From an uncultured Clostridia bacterium (GTDB lineage Bacteria > Bacillota > Clostridia > Oscillospirales > Ruminococcaceae): 34,721 bases of DNA. The translations under genes and the position numbers were made by a program. Of the stretch, positions 27,050-34,721 are shown piece after piece. Below the pieces are notes generated by a model. The model ran no database searches. It saw only the letters and a list, made by a program, of their open reading frames with translations, and was not told the origin of the DNA. The stretch covers positions 1-34,721 of the forward strand of contig CALLQM010000217.1 of the NCBI GenBank assembly GCA_938014855.1, read 5' to 3'. Within the stretch, counting starts at the first letter, position 1. Each line of letters opens with the position of its first letter.

Positions 27050-27085
27050 ATTCGTTCTTTAAAAACGCCATAAAATATGGCGTTT

Positions 27086-27397
27086 TTAAGAGCATGACGG
27101 TTTGGTTTGTTTTTGCGGGTTGACTGCGGTTAGTGTTTCCAAAAGTTTGGACGCATACGCACTTCCTTCCGGATTAATGGAATAATGTGTCCATTTGCCC
27201 TCTTTGCGGCTGGTTACGATTCCGGAATCACATAAAATTTTCATATGGTGGGATAGTGTGGATTGGCTGATGCTGAGCGCTTCAAGCAGTTTACATGCGC
27301 ACTTTTCGCCGCTTTGGAGCATTTCAAGAATCATTAAACGGTTTTCATCGCAAAATGCTTTAAACACGGCAGCATGCTCTTGATAAATGGTCGGCAC
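27086..27397 (-). CDS. ArsR/SmtB family repressor
   Basis: FKAF.D.NRL.I...GEKCAC.L...SQSTLSHHM; GAGGTGA RBS. Confidence 0.93.
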   Translation of the reverse strand: MPTIYQEHAAVFKAFCDENRLMILEMLQSGEKCACKLLEALSISQSTLSHHMKILCDSGIVTSRKEGKWTHYSINPEGSAYASKLLETLTAVNPQKQTKPSCS

Positions 27398-27408
27398 ATT
27401 TTCACCTC

Positions 27409-27464
27409 ATATCTAAAAATATCGATATGAAAAGTATAAAGGTTTACATCAATTTTGTCAATAT
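27409..27464. promoter_or_regulatory. Putative ArsR operators at the arsR promoter
   Basis: ATATCTA-N6-TCGATAT (27409-27428) and ACATCAA-N5-TCAATAT (27446-27464, containing minus-strand TTGACA). Confidence 0.6.
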
Positions 27465-27501
27465 ATTTTTTGTGTAAGATTTTACAACGGAGGAAAAAAT
27501 C

Positions 27502-27783
27502 ATGCAGATTGCGGTTATGACGGTAACATTTTATGCGCCGTGGGTTCATTCTTTAAAAGAAAAACGCATGGAGGTCAAAAGTTTGATTGCAAAACTTCAG
27601 CAGAAATTTCATGTGTCGGCGGCGGAAGTCGATGGTCAGGATGTTCATCAAACCATCGTGATTGGAATTGCGGCGGTTTGCAACAGCCATGTGCAGGCAG
27701 ACAGCATATTGGATCATCTGCTCAATTTTATGGAATGCAGTACACAAGCGGAAATTGTATCTGTTGATCGAGAAATTTTGTAG
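27502..27783 (+). CDS. DUF503 (YlxP-like) protein
   Basis: HSLKEKR..VKS...K....F.VSAAEV..QD. Confidence 0.88.
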   Translation: MQIAVMTVTFYAPWVHSLKEKRMEVKSLIAKLQQKFHVSAAEVDGQDVHQTIVIGIAAVCNSHVQADSILDHLLNFMECSTQAEIVSVDREIL

Positions 27784-27871
27784 TTATATAAAAGTTGAAA
27801 TACGGAACAATTTTTATAAAAAAGTTTCATAATGAATGGTTGATAGGGAAAGCTATGAGCGAGGTGAGATT

Positions 27872-28303
27872 ATGAAAGTAAAAGACATTATGTCCAAACA
27901 AGTTGCATGTGTTAATTCCAACGATCCCGTTGAAAAAGCCGCACAGCTGATGAAGCAGTATAACGTGGGTTCGATTCCGGTATGCAGTCAAAATAATGTG
28001 ATTGGAATTGTTACCGACCGTGACCTTGCACTGCGTTCGATTGCAGGCGGTCAAAATGCAAAACAGCAGAGAGTCCAAGACGTTATGAGCTCCAATCCGG
28101 TAACCGGAACTCCGGAAATGGATGTGCATGAAGCGGCGAAGATCATGGGAGAAAGGCAGATCCGCAGACTGCCCATTGTGGAAAACAACAAAATGGTTGG
28201 AATCGTCGCACTGGGTGATATTTCAGTGGAGCCGCAGCTGCAGGACAATGCGGAGCAGGCACTGAAAAACATTTCCCAGCCGAATGGCATGCAGATGTCT
28301 TAA
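27872..28303 (+). CDS. Tandem CBS domain protein (YhcV-like)
   Basis: MKVKDIMS, GIVTDRD, QIRRLP.VE...VGIVALGD; GAGGTGA RBS. Confidence 0.9.
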   Translation: MKVKDIMSKQVACVNSNDPVEKAAQLMKQYNVGSIPVCSQNNVIGIVTDRDLALRSIAGGQNAKQQRVQDVMSSNPVTGTPEMDVHEAAKIMGERQIRRLPIVENNKMVGIVALGDISVEPQLQDNAEQALKNISQPNGMQMS

Positions 28304-28316
28304 AACCTATTCGTTT

Positions 28317-28355
28317 GAAGAACAGCAGTTCGGTTTCGGCTGAACTGCTGTTCTT
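28317..28355 (+). terminator. Terminator
   Basis: GAAGAACAGCAGTTC/GAACTGCTGTTCTTC. Confidence 0.75.
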
Positions 28356-28488
28356 CCTTATTCATTCTTGCATAATCCGCCAATGTGACTTAATCACTGT
28401 AAATGCATATTAAATGAGAATAGAATATGGATAAGAGGAAAAGTTGTCATAAAATTAACAATGTTAAGAGGAAAGGCGGTAGCAAAAA

Positions 28489-30915
28489 GTGAGCAAGATT
28501 TTAATTGTCGGTGGTGTAGCCGGAGGCGCTTCGGCGGCAGCTCGTCTGCGCAGGCTGGATGAACATGCGCAGATCATCATGTTTGAACGGGGAGAATACA
28601 TTTCCTTTGCAAACTGCGGTCTGCCTTATTATATCGGCGGGGAAATCAAAGAGCGTACAGCACTTACCCTGCAGACGCCGGAAAGTTTTCATGCACGGTT
28701 CCATGTGGATGTCCGCGTGCAAAGCGAAGTGACCGCAATCGACCGCGAACGCAAAACCGTTACGGTCAAAAATCAGAAAACCGGGGAAGAATATGTTGAA
28801 AGCTACGACAAGCTGATTCTTTCACCGGGAGCCGCGCCGGTCAAACCTGCCATTGACGGTGCTGACGGCAAGCGTGTGTTTACTCTGCGCAATATTCCGG
28901 ATACTTACCGGATCAAAGATTATATTGATGAGCACCACCCCAAATCGGCTGTTGTAGTAGGTGCCGGTTATATTGGAGTGGAAATGGCGGAAAATTTGAC
29001 CCATGCAGGGTTAAATGTGACCCTTGTCGAGTTTGCCGATCATGTAATCGCGCCGCTGGATTATGATATGGCATGCGACGTGCATCATCATATTCGGGAA
29101 AAAGGTGTCAAGCTGATTTTGCAGGATGCCGTCAAAGCGATTCATGAGACCGGCGACAGCCTAAAGGTGACGCTTGGCAAAGAGGAACTCACAGCAGATA
29201 TGGTCATTTTATCGGTTGGGGTGCGTCCGGACAGCGGCATTGCCAAAGATGCTGAACTGGACGTCGATAAGCGGGGTGCAATTCTTGTCGATCGGCATAT
29301 GAAAACGAACGACCCGGATATTTATGCTGTGGGCGATGCGGTGGAAATCACGGATTTTGTCACAGGTTCAAAAGGATATATTCCGCTTGCGGGTCCTGCC
29401 AATAAGCAAGGCCGCATTGCCGCCGACAATATAGCGGGCATTTCCAGCGCTTACGGCGGAACACAGGGAACCGGTATTCTCAAATGCTTTGACTTGACGA
29501 TTGGCACAACTGGAATTACAGAGGAAAAAGCGCGGAAAGAAAAGATTGCGTATGAAAAATCCTTTACCTACTCTGCATCGCATGCGTCCTATTATCCGGG
29601 TGCCGTCAATATGTCGGTTAAGCTTTTGTTTGAAAAAGAAAACGGCAGAATCTTGGGCGCACAAATTGTCGGTTTTGACGGCGTGGATAAACGAATTGAC
29701 GTGATCGCAACGGCTATGCGTGCGGGTATGACGGTATATGACCTGACAAAACTGGAGCTTGCGTATGCGCCACCGTTTTCGTCGGCAAAAGATCCGGTCA
29801 ATATGGCGGGATTTGTGGCGGAAAATATTTTGCAGAACAGGGTCAAAGTGTTCCATTGGGACGAAATCGAGGGACTTAAGAAAGATAGCGTGACAATGCT
29901 GGATGTGCGTACCGAAATCGAATTCCGCAACGGAACCATTCCGGGATTTATCAATATCCCGCTGGATGAGCTGCGGGAACACTTGGACGAACTCGATCAA
30001 ACAAAGCCGGTTTATGTCACCTGCCAAGTTGGTCTGCGCGGCTATGTTGCCTGCCGTATTCTCAGCCAGCGCGGATTTGACTGCTATAATCTATCCGGCG
30101 GTTATCGCTTGTATAACAGCATCTTTGGACATGGCGGGACACAGAAGGAAGATGTGCGGATGAACACCGAAACGATGCTTCCTTCATCGGCTCCCACAAC
30201 CAAAATCGACGCCTGCGGTCTGCAGTGCCCGGGACCGGTCATGCGGCTGAGCGAGGCGGTCAAAAAAGCGGCCGATGGGGAAATCATCGAGATTCGTACA
30301 ACCGACCCTGCTTTTTCGGCAGATGTCGAGGCTTGGTGCCGCCGTACCGGAAACGCATTTGGCGGGGTTACCAGTGAAAAAGGAATCTATACTGCTACGG
30401 TGAAAAAAGGTGGAGGATCGCTTTGTTCCGCTGCAGGAATCAAAGGGGATAAAAAGAATATCATCGTCTTTTCCGGTGATCTGGATAAAGCAATTGCGTC
30501 GTTTATTATCGCAAATGCCGCGGCTTCGATGGGGCGTAAAGTGTCAATGTTCTTTACCTTCTGGGGACTAAATATTCTTCGCCGTCCCGAACGCGTCAAA
30601 GCCGATAAAGATTTAATCAGCCATGCTTTTGGCACCATGATGCCGCGAGGTTCCAAACGTCTGACGCTGTCCAAAATGAACATGGGCGGCATGGGCGCAA
30701 AAATGATTCGCAGAGTGATGAAAGATAAAAATATTGACAGCTTGGAAGATCTCATTAAGGCATCCCAGAAAAACGGTGTGGAATTGATTGCATGCTCCAT
30801 GAGTATGGATGTCATGGGTATTAAACAGGAAGAACTGATTGATGGCGTCAAAATGGGCGGGGCTGCTGCAATGATCGCAAATGCCGAAGAATCCGATATG
30901 TCCCTATTTATTTAA
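28489..30915 (+). CDS. CoA-disulfide reductase-rhodanese-TusA-DsrE2 fusion
   Basis: GGVAGG, SFANCGLPY, YAPP; rhodanese CQVGLRG; TusA CGLQCPGP; DsrE FFTFWGL and ACSMSM. Confidence 0.92.
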   Translation: MSKILIVGGVAGGASAAARLRRLDEHAQIIMFERGEYISFANCGLPYYIGGEIKERTALTLQTPESFHARFHVDVRVQSEVTAIDRERKTVTVKNQKTGEEYVESYDKLILSPGAAPVKPAIDGADGKRVFTLRNIPDTYRIKDYIDEHHPKSAVVVGAGYIGVEMAENLTHAGLNVTLVEFADHVIAPLDYDMACDVHHHIREKGVKLILQDAVKAIHETGDSLKVTLGKEELTADMVILSVGVRPDSGIAKDAELDVDKRGAILVDRHMKTNDPDIYAVGDAVEITDFVTGSKGYIPLAGPANKQGRIAADNIAGISSAYGGTQGTGILKCFDLTIGTTGITEEKARKEKIAYEKSFTYSASHASYYPGAVNMSVKLLFEKENGRILGAQIVGFDGVDKRIDVIATAMRAGMTVYDLTKLELAYAPPFSSAKDPVNMAGFVAENILQNRVKVFHWDEIEGLKKDSVTMLDVRTEIEFRNGTIPGFINIPLDELREHLDELDQTKPVYVTCQVGLRGYVACRILSQRGFDCYNLSGGYRLYNSIFGHGGTQKEDVRMNTETMLPSSAPTTKIDACGLQCPGPVMRLSEAVKKAADGEIIEIRTTDPAFSADVEAWCRRTGNAFGGVTSEKGIYTATVKKGGGSLCSAAGIKGDKKNIIVFSGDLDKAIASFIIANAAASMGRKVSMFFTFWGLNILRRPERVKADKDLISHAFGTMMPRGSKRLTLSKMNMGGMGAKMIRRVMKDKNIDSLEDLIKASQKNGVELIACSMSMDVMGIKQEELIDGVKMGGAAAMIANAEESDMSLFI

Positions 30916-30920
30916 AATAA

Positions 30921-30955
30921 AAAATACCCGGCGGAAAATTTTCGCCGGGTATTTT
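30921..30955 (+). terminator. Terminator
   Basis: AAAATACCCGGCG/CGCCGGGTATTTT. Confidence 0.8.
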
Positions 30956-31101
30956 AAAAAAACCAAATTTCTCTAAATGTGATTTCATTGCATGAAGTGG
31001 AAAAAAGGGTACAAAATAAAAACAATGCCGCAATAAAAAGAAGCTTTGCGACAAATATAGATAAAATAAGAAGAAACGTTAATAAAAAAGCGTTTCATGT
31101 C

Positions 31102-31130
31102 TTGTCAACCCTTTTGAAATGGGGTATAAT
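31102..31130 (+). promoter_or_regulatory. sigmaA promoter
   Basis: TTGTCA-17-TATAAT. Confidence 0.7.
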
Positions 31131-31190
31131 AAACTCAATTCTAGTTTTAGTAATGAAAATAAATTTATCGCATACAGGAGGAAGCAGCAA

Positions 31191-31478
31191 ATGGGAAAAG
31201 GGACTTTTATTTCGATTATTGCTTTGATGGTTGCAGTTGTGGGGGCAATCGTGGCCTTTGCAGCTTATTTTAAATATCGGAATTGCATTCTTTGCAATGA
31301 CCTGGCCGATGACGAAATGCCGGACGATGATCTGTCCGATTTGGATTATTATGCAACACCGGTGACCGATTGCTCGGAAGAGGAAATCGATGAGGAACCG
31401 GAAGTATCTGAGCCGTCTATGACGGATCCGTCTGTGATCGAAATGCAGGAACAACGTACCACCGATGAGGAATTTTAA
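31191..31478 (+). CDS. Single-TM protein with CxxC and highly acidic tail (95 aa)
   Basis: AGGAGGA RBS; TM helix, CILC, D/E-rich C-terminus. Confidence 0.8.
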   Translation: MGKGTFISIIALMVAVVGAIVAFAAYFKYRNCILCNDLADDEMPDDDLSDLDYYATPVTDCSEEEIDEEPEVSEPSMTDPSVIEMQEQRTTDEEF

Positions 31479-31494
31479 TTTTACATCTGTAAGC

Positions 31495-31532
31495 AAAAGG
31501 CTGTTATCCTTGCTGGATAACAGCCTTTTTTT
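31495..31532. terminator. Bidirectional terminator
   Basis: AAAAGGCTGTTATCC/GGATAACAGCCTTTT. Confidence 0.85.
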
Positions 31533-31809
31533 ACCATGTAGCTTTTACATAAGCAACGACTGATAAAATAGCTATCAAACATTCAAAAATGGCGAAAAAG
31601 AGAGAACGTTTTGATTTTGTATATTTAAATAAGCAGAATTTTTTCGCGCTTGAATAACCAAGAAATAAAGCAAATAAATCCCAAACCACAATTCCTGTCA
31701 GCATTTTATAAATATAAAGGGCAAGAAACAGCAGACAGAATACGGTTCTTCCAAATTTCTCTGCATGTTCATCTGCAATTGATTCGGTTCGCTCCAAGTT
31801 GTCTTCCAT
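31531..31809 (-). CDS. Small multi-TM protein (possibly DUF6442-like)
   Basis: AAGGAGA RBS; ER...I...A..FG start, three hydrophobic helices. Confidence 0.65.
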   Translation of the reverse strand: MEDNLERTESIADEHAEKFGRTVFCLLFLALYIYKMLTGIVVWDLFALFLGYSSAKKFCLFKYTKSKRSLFFAIFECLIAILSVVAYVKATW

Positions 31810-31838
31810 TCGTGATTCTCCTTATATATCAAACGATC

Positions 31839-31867
31839 AGCCAAAGAATACACGGTATTCTTTGGCT
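31839..31867 (-). terminator. Hairpin after malic enzyme
   Basis: AGCCAAAGAATAC/GTATTCTTTGGCT. Confidence 0.6.
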
Positions 31868-31888
31868 AAAATTCTATGATGGACGCGT

Positions 31889-33073
31889 TTATTGTTTGAT
31901 ACGGGCATTTCCGGTTTCGATTGCTTCATCTGCAACCGCTTTTGCTACGGTATCGGCTACACTCTTATCGAGTGCGGACGGCAGAATATAATCTGCACAA
32001 AGCTGATCGGGCGTGACCAGTTCAGCAAGCGCGTATGCGGCGCGGCGTTTCATGCCTTCCGTGATTTCGCGTGCACGAACAGAAAGCGCTCCTTTGAAGA
32101 TTCCGGGGAATACGAGTACATTGTTGATTTGGTTGGGATAATCGGAACGTCCGGTTCCAATGACAACCGCGCCTCCTGCTTTGGATTCTTCCGGCAGAAT
32201 TTCCGGAACAGGATTGGCCATTGCAAATACGATTGCGTTGTTCATGGTGGAAACCATTTCGGGCGTCACCAGTTTCGGGCGCGATACGCCGACAAACGCA
32301 TCCGCACCTTTGAGCGCATCAGCAAGGGTTCCGTGTTCATGATTTAAGTTGCTGATATGTGAAATCTGTTCCTGACCCGGGTTCAGCCCGCTGTCTCCTT
32401 CGCAGATGATTCCGTTGATATCGCACATTACAATGTTGCCGAATCCCATTGAGATCAGCAGGTTTCCAATCGCGGTACCCGCCGCACCTGCGCCGTTGAT
32501 GACAATTTTCATCTTCCCAACGGTTTTTCCAGTCACTTTTGCGGCGTTGAGCATTGCGGCCGCGACAACAATGGCAGTTCCGTGCTGGTCATCGTGGAAA
32601 ACGGGAATATCACAGCATTCTTTCAGCCGGCGCTCGATTTCAAAACAGCGGGGAGCCGCGATGTCTTCGAGATTGATGCCGCCAAAACTTTTGGAAATCA
32701 GCGAAATGGTTTCGACAAGCTTGTCCACGTCCTTGGTATCAATGCAGATGGGAATGGCGTCTACGCCTGCAAATTCCTTAAACAGCACGCATTTTCCTTC
32801 CATGACCGGCATTCCGGCGGCAGGACCGATATCGCCTAGTCCCAGCACGGCGGAACCGTCGGTGATGACCGCTACCAAATTGCTACGGCGGGTCAGTTCA
32901 AACGATTTTTCATAGTCCTTGGCAATTTCGCGGCAAGGCTCGGCGACACCTGGCGTATATGCAAGCGACAAATCTTCACGGGTCTTGATTGGAAAACGGG
33001 AAACGACCTCCAGTTTTCCGCCCAATTCATAATGCAGTTTTAATGATTCTTGATTGATATCCACAATATTCAT
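31889..33073 (-). CDS. NAD(P)-dependent malic enzyme
   Basis: YTPGVA, MEGK, NLEDI, FHDDQHGTA, GAGAAG, NQINNVL.FPG; ATG 33073 with GAAAGGA RBS. Confidence 0.96.
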   Translation of the reverse strand: MNIVDINQESLKLHYELGGKLEVVSRFPIKTREDLSLAYTPGVAEPCREIAKDYEKSFELTRRSNLVAVITDGSAVLGLGDIGPAAGMPVMEGKCVLFKEFAGVDAIPICIDTKDVDKLVETISLISKSFGGINLEDIAAPRCFEIERRLKECCDIPVFHDDQHGTAIVVAAAMLNAAKVTGKTVGKMKIVINGAGAAGTAIGNLLISMGFGNIVMCDINGIICEGDSGLNPGQEQISHISNLNHEHGTLADALKGADAFVGVSRPKLVTPEMVSTMNNAIVFAMANPVPEILPEESKAGGAVVIGTGRSDYPNQINNVLVFPGIFKGALSVRAREITEGMKRRAAYALAELVTPDQLCADYILPSALDKSVADTVAKAVADEAIETGNARIKQ

Positions 33074-33090
33074 TCCTTTCAAAGGGTAGG

Positions 33091-34455
33091 CTAGACCATT
33101 TGCTCCGGATGGAACACGTCATCAAATTGCTCGGCGGTCAAAAATCCAAGCTGAACACAGGCTTCTTTGAGCGAAATGCCATCTGCAAATGCTTTCTTTG
33201 CTGTTTTAGCGGCATTGTCGTAGCCGATGTAAGGGTTTAGTGCAGTGACCAGCATCAAAGAATGATGCAGATTATACTGCATTTTGTCTCGGTTGGCGGT
33301 GATGCCGACTGCGCAGTTGGTGCAAAAAGAGACGATGGCATCGGCGAGCAGTCGTGCGGACTGCAGGAAATTATAAATGCACACCGGCATAAATACATTC
33401 AGTTCAAAGTTGCCCTGTGAGGCCGCTATGCCGACCGCTGTATCGTTCGCCATCACCTGTACGGCTACCATTGTAACCGCTTCGCACTGGGTGGGGTTTA
33501 CTTTTCCGGGCATGATGGAACTGCCCGGCTCATTTTCCGGAATGTGGATTTCGCCCAGTCCACAGCGTGGACCGCTCGCAAGCCAGCGCACATCGTTTGC
33601 AATCTTCATCATGTTTGCGGCGAGCGCTTTGAGCGCGCCGTGTGCAAATACAAGATCGTCTTTGCTGGTGAGTGCATGGAATTTGTTATCGGCGGTGACA
33701 AATGGTTTGCCTGTCAGTTCCGCAATGGCTTTTGCAACTTCAGCGCCGAATTCTTTTGGTGCATTGAGTCCGGTTCCGACCGCAGTCCCGCCCAAAGCAA
33801 GTTCACAAAGCCCCGGGATGGATGCCTTTATCATTTGGCGGGTCTTTTCCAGCATGTTGCGCCATCCGCTGATTTCCTGTGCAAATGTGATCGGCGTGGC
33901 GTCCTGCAAATGGGTGCGTCCCGTTTTGATTACATCTTTGTTTTCGTCTTCTAAGTCGCGAAAGGTATCCGTCAGCAGGTCAATGGCAGGAAGCAGATGG
34001 TCTTCCAGCTCCAACACCGCCGCAATATGCATGGCGGTGGGGAAGGTGTCGTTGGAACTCTGTGACATATTTGCGTGATCGTTCGGATGGAGCAGTTTTG
34101 AACCGTGCAGTTCATTTCCCCGATTCGCAATCACTTCATTTACGTTCATGTTGGACTGCGTTCCGCTTCCGGTCTGCCATACCGCCAGCGGGAAGTGTCC
34201 GTTCAGTCTGCCTGCAATGATTTCGTCGCAGACTGATGCGATCACCCTGCATCGCTCTTCATCCAGTTTTCCCAAACGATGATTTGCAATCGCCGCCGCT
34301 TTTTTTAAAATGCCAAACGAGCGAATAATCTCCAACGGCATTTTTTCCGTTCCAATTCGAAAGTTTTCCAAACTGCGCTGGGTTTGCGCCGCCCAGTAAC
34401 GATCTGCAGGGACTTGTATTTCACCCATCGAGTCTTTTTCAATCCGGTATTCCAT
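33091..34455 (-). CDS. fumC: Class II fumarate hydratase
   Basis: [30 protein letters not shown]. Confidence 0.97.
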   Translation of the reverse strand: MEYRIEKDSMGEIQVPADRYWAAQTQRSLENFRIGTEKMPLEIIRSFGILKKAAAIANHRLGKLDEERCRVIASVCDEIIAGRLNGHFPLAVWQTGSGTQSNMNVNEVIANRGNELHGSKLLHPNDHANMSQSSNDTFPTAMHIAAVLELEDHLLPAIDLLTDTFRDLEDENKDVIKTGRTHLQDATPITFAQEISGWRNMLEKTRQMIKASIPGLCELALGGTAVGTGLNAPKEFGAEVAKAIAELTGKPFVTADNKFHALTSKDDLVFAHGALKALAANMMKIANDVRWLASGPRCGLGEIHIPENEPGSSIMPGKVNPTQCEAVTMVAVQVMANDTAVGIAASQGNFELNVFMPVCIYNFLQSARLLADAIVSFCTNCAVGITANRDKMQYNLHHSLMLVTALNPYIGYDNAAKTAKKAFADGISLKEACVQLGFLTAEQFDDVFHPEQMV

Positions 34456-34621
34456 AAAAATGGAACCTCCTTTCCGACATTGCGCGCCGCGTGCGCATAC
34501 ACACCCGAATTTTATCTATAACAATTATTAAGCATACCATAATGCAAAGGGAAAGAAAATAGCATTTTGCAAAAATCAAAGTATGACTATATAGAGTGTT
34601 TCCGTACCAAGCGAAAATAAA

Positions 34622-34653
34622 ACCATGCGGCGGCCATTCGGCCGCCGCATGGT
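34622..34653 (-). terminator. Terminator of an upstream minus-strand gene
   Basis: ACCATGCGGCGGCC-ATTC-GGCCGCCGCATGGT; T run on the minus strand. Confidence 0.75.
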
Positions 34654-34664
34654 CGTTTATCCAG

Positions 34665-34721
34665 TTATTTTTTTTGGGGTTTGGCATTGCTCTTTGAGCG
34701 TTTGAATGTGGAAAACAATTC
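34665..34721 (-). CDS. 3' end of a gene truncated by the window edge (ELFSTFKRSKSNAKPQKK*)
   Basis: Open frame ending in TAA just before the terminator. Confidence 0.4.
   Translation of the reverse strand, partial: ELFSTFKRSKSNAKPQKK

Noticed and set aside
27805-27834. sigmaG promoter GAACA-18-CATAATG for the CBS gene
   Set aside because: Plausible by analogy with yhcV, but both boxes have mismatches; too weak to list as a feature.
29368-34078. Long antisense ORFs (29368-30027, 30387-30851, 32406-32915, 33377-34078)
   Set aside because: Opposite-strand shadows of well-supported genes, with no recognisable motifs.

Overview
Chromosomal segment of a spore-forming Firmicute, probably Oscillospiraceae/Ruminococcaceae-like (inferred from gene content: spoIIID, sspH, clostridial-type RBSs and promoters). 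Bases 1-49 are an Illumina TruSeq adapter, i.e. an assembly artefact at a contig end. Bases ~50-4436 are the 3' part of a tightly coupled, intact phage contractile-tail/baseplate operon. It shows no long tape-measure gene, recognisable spike, long fibre, lysis gene, integrase or att site, and runs straight into the rpsT promoter; this is the best candidate for an undescribed domesticated system. The rest is mostly housekeeping and metabolic: rpsT, pdxK, a NUDIX-ktrB pair behind a structured leader, tRNA-Arg(CCT), sspH (missed by the ORF track), DUF3892, a SUV3-like helicase, a secreted charge-bipartite protein, spoIIID, a GntR-regulated sugar-acid catabolism/TRAP cluster with a readable 12-bp operator, fucO, a SLOG protein, an MCP, an ArsR-ArsP-thioredoxin unit with repeated operators, a CoA-disulfide reductase-rhodanese-TusA-DsrE fusion, malic enzyme and fumC. 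All family calls come from motif recognition by eye; no database search was run.
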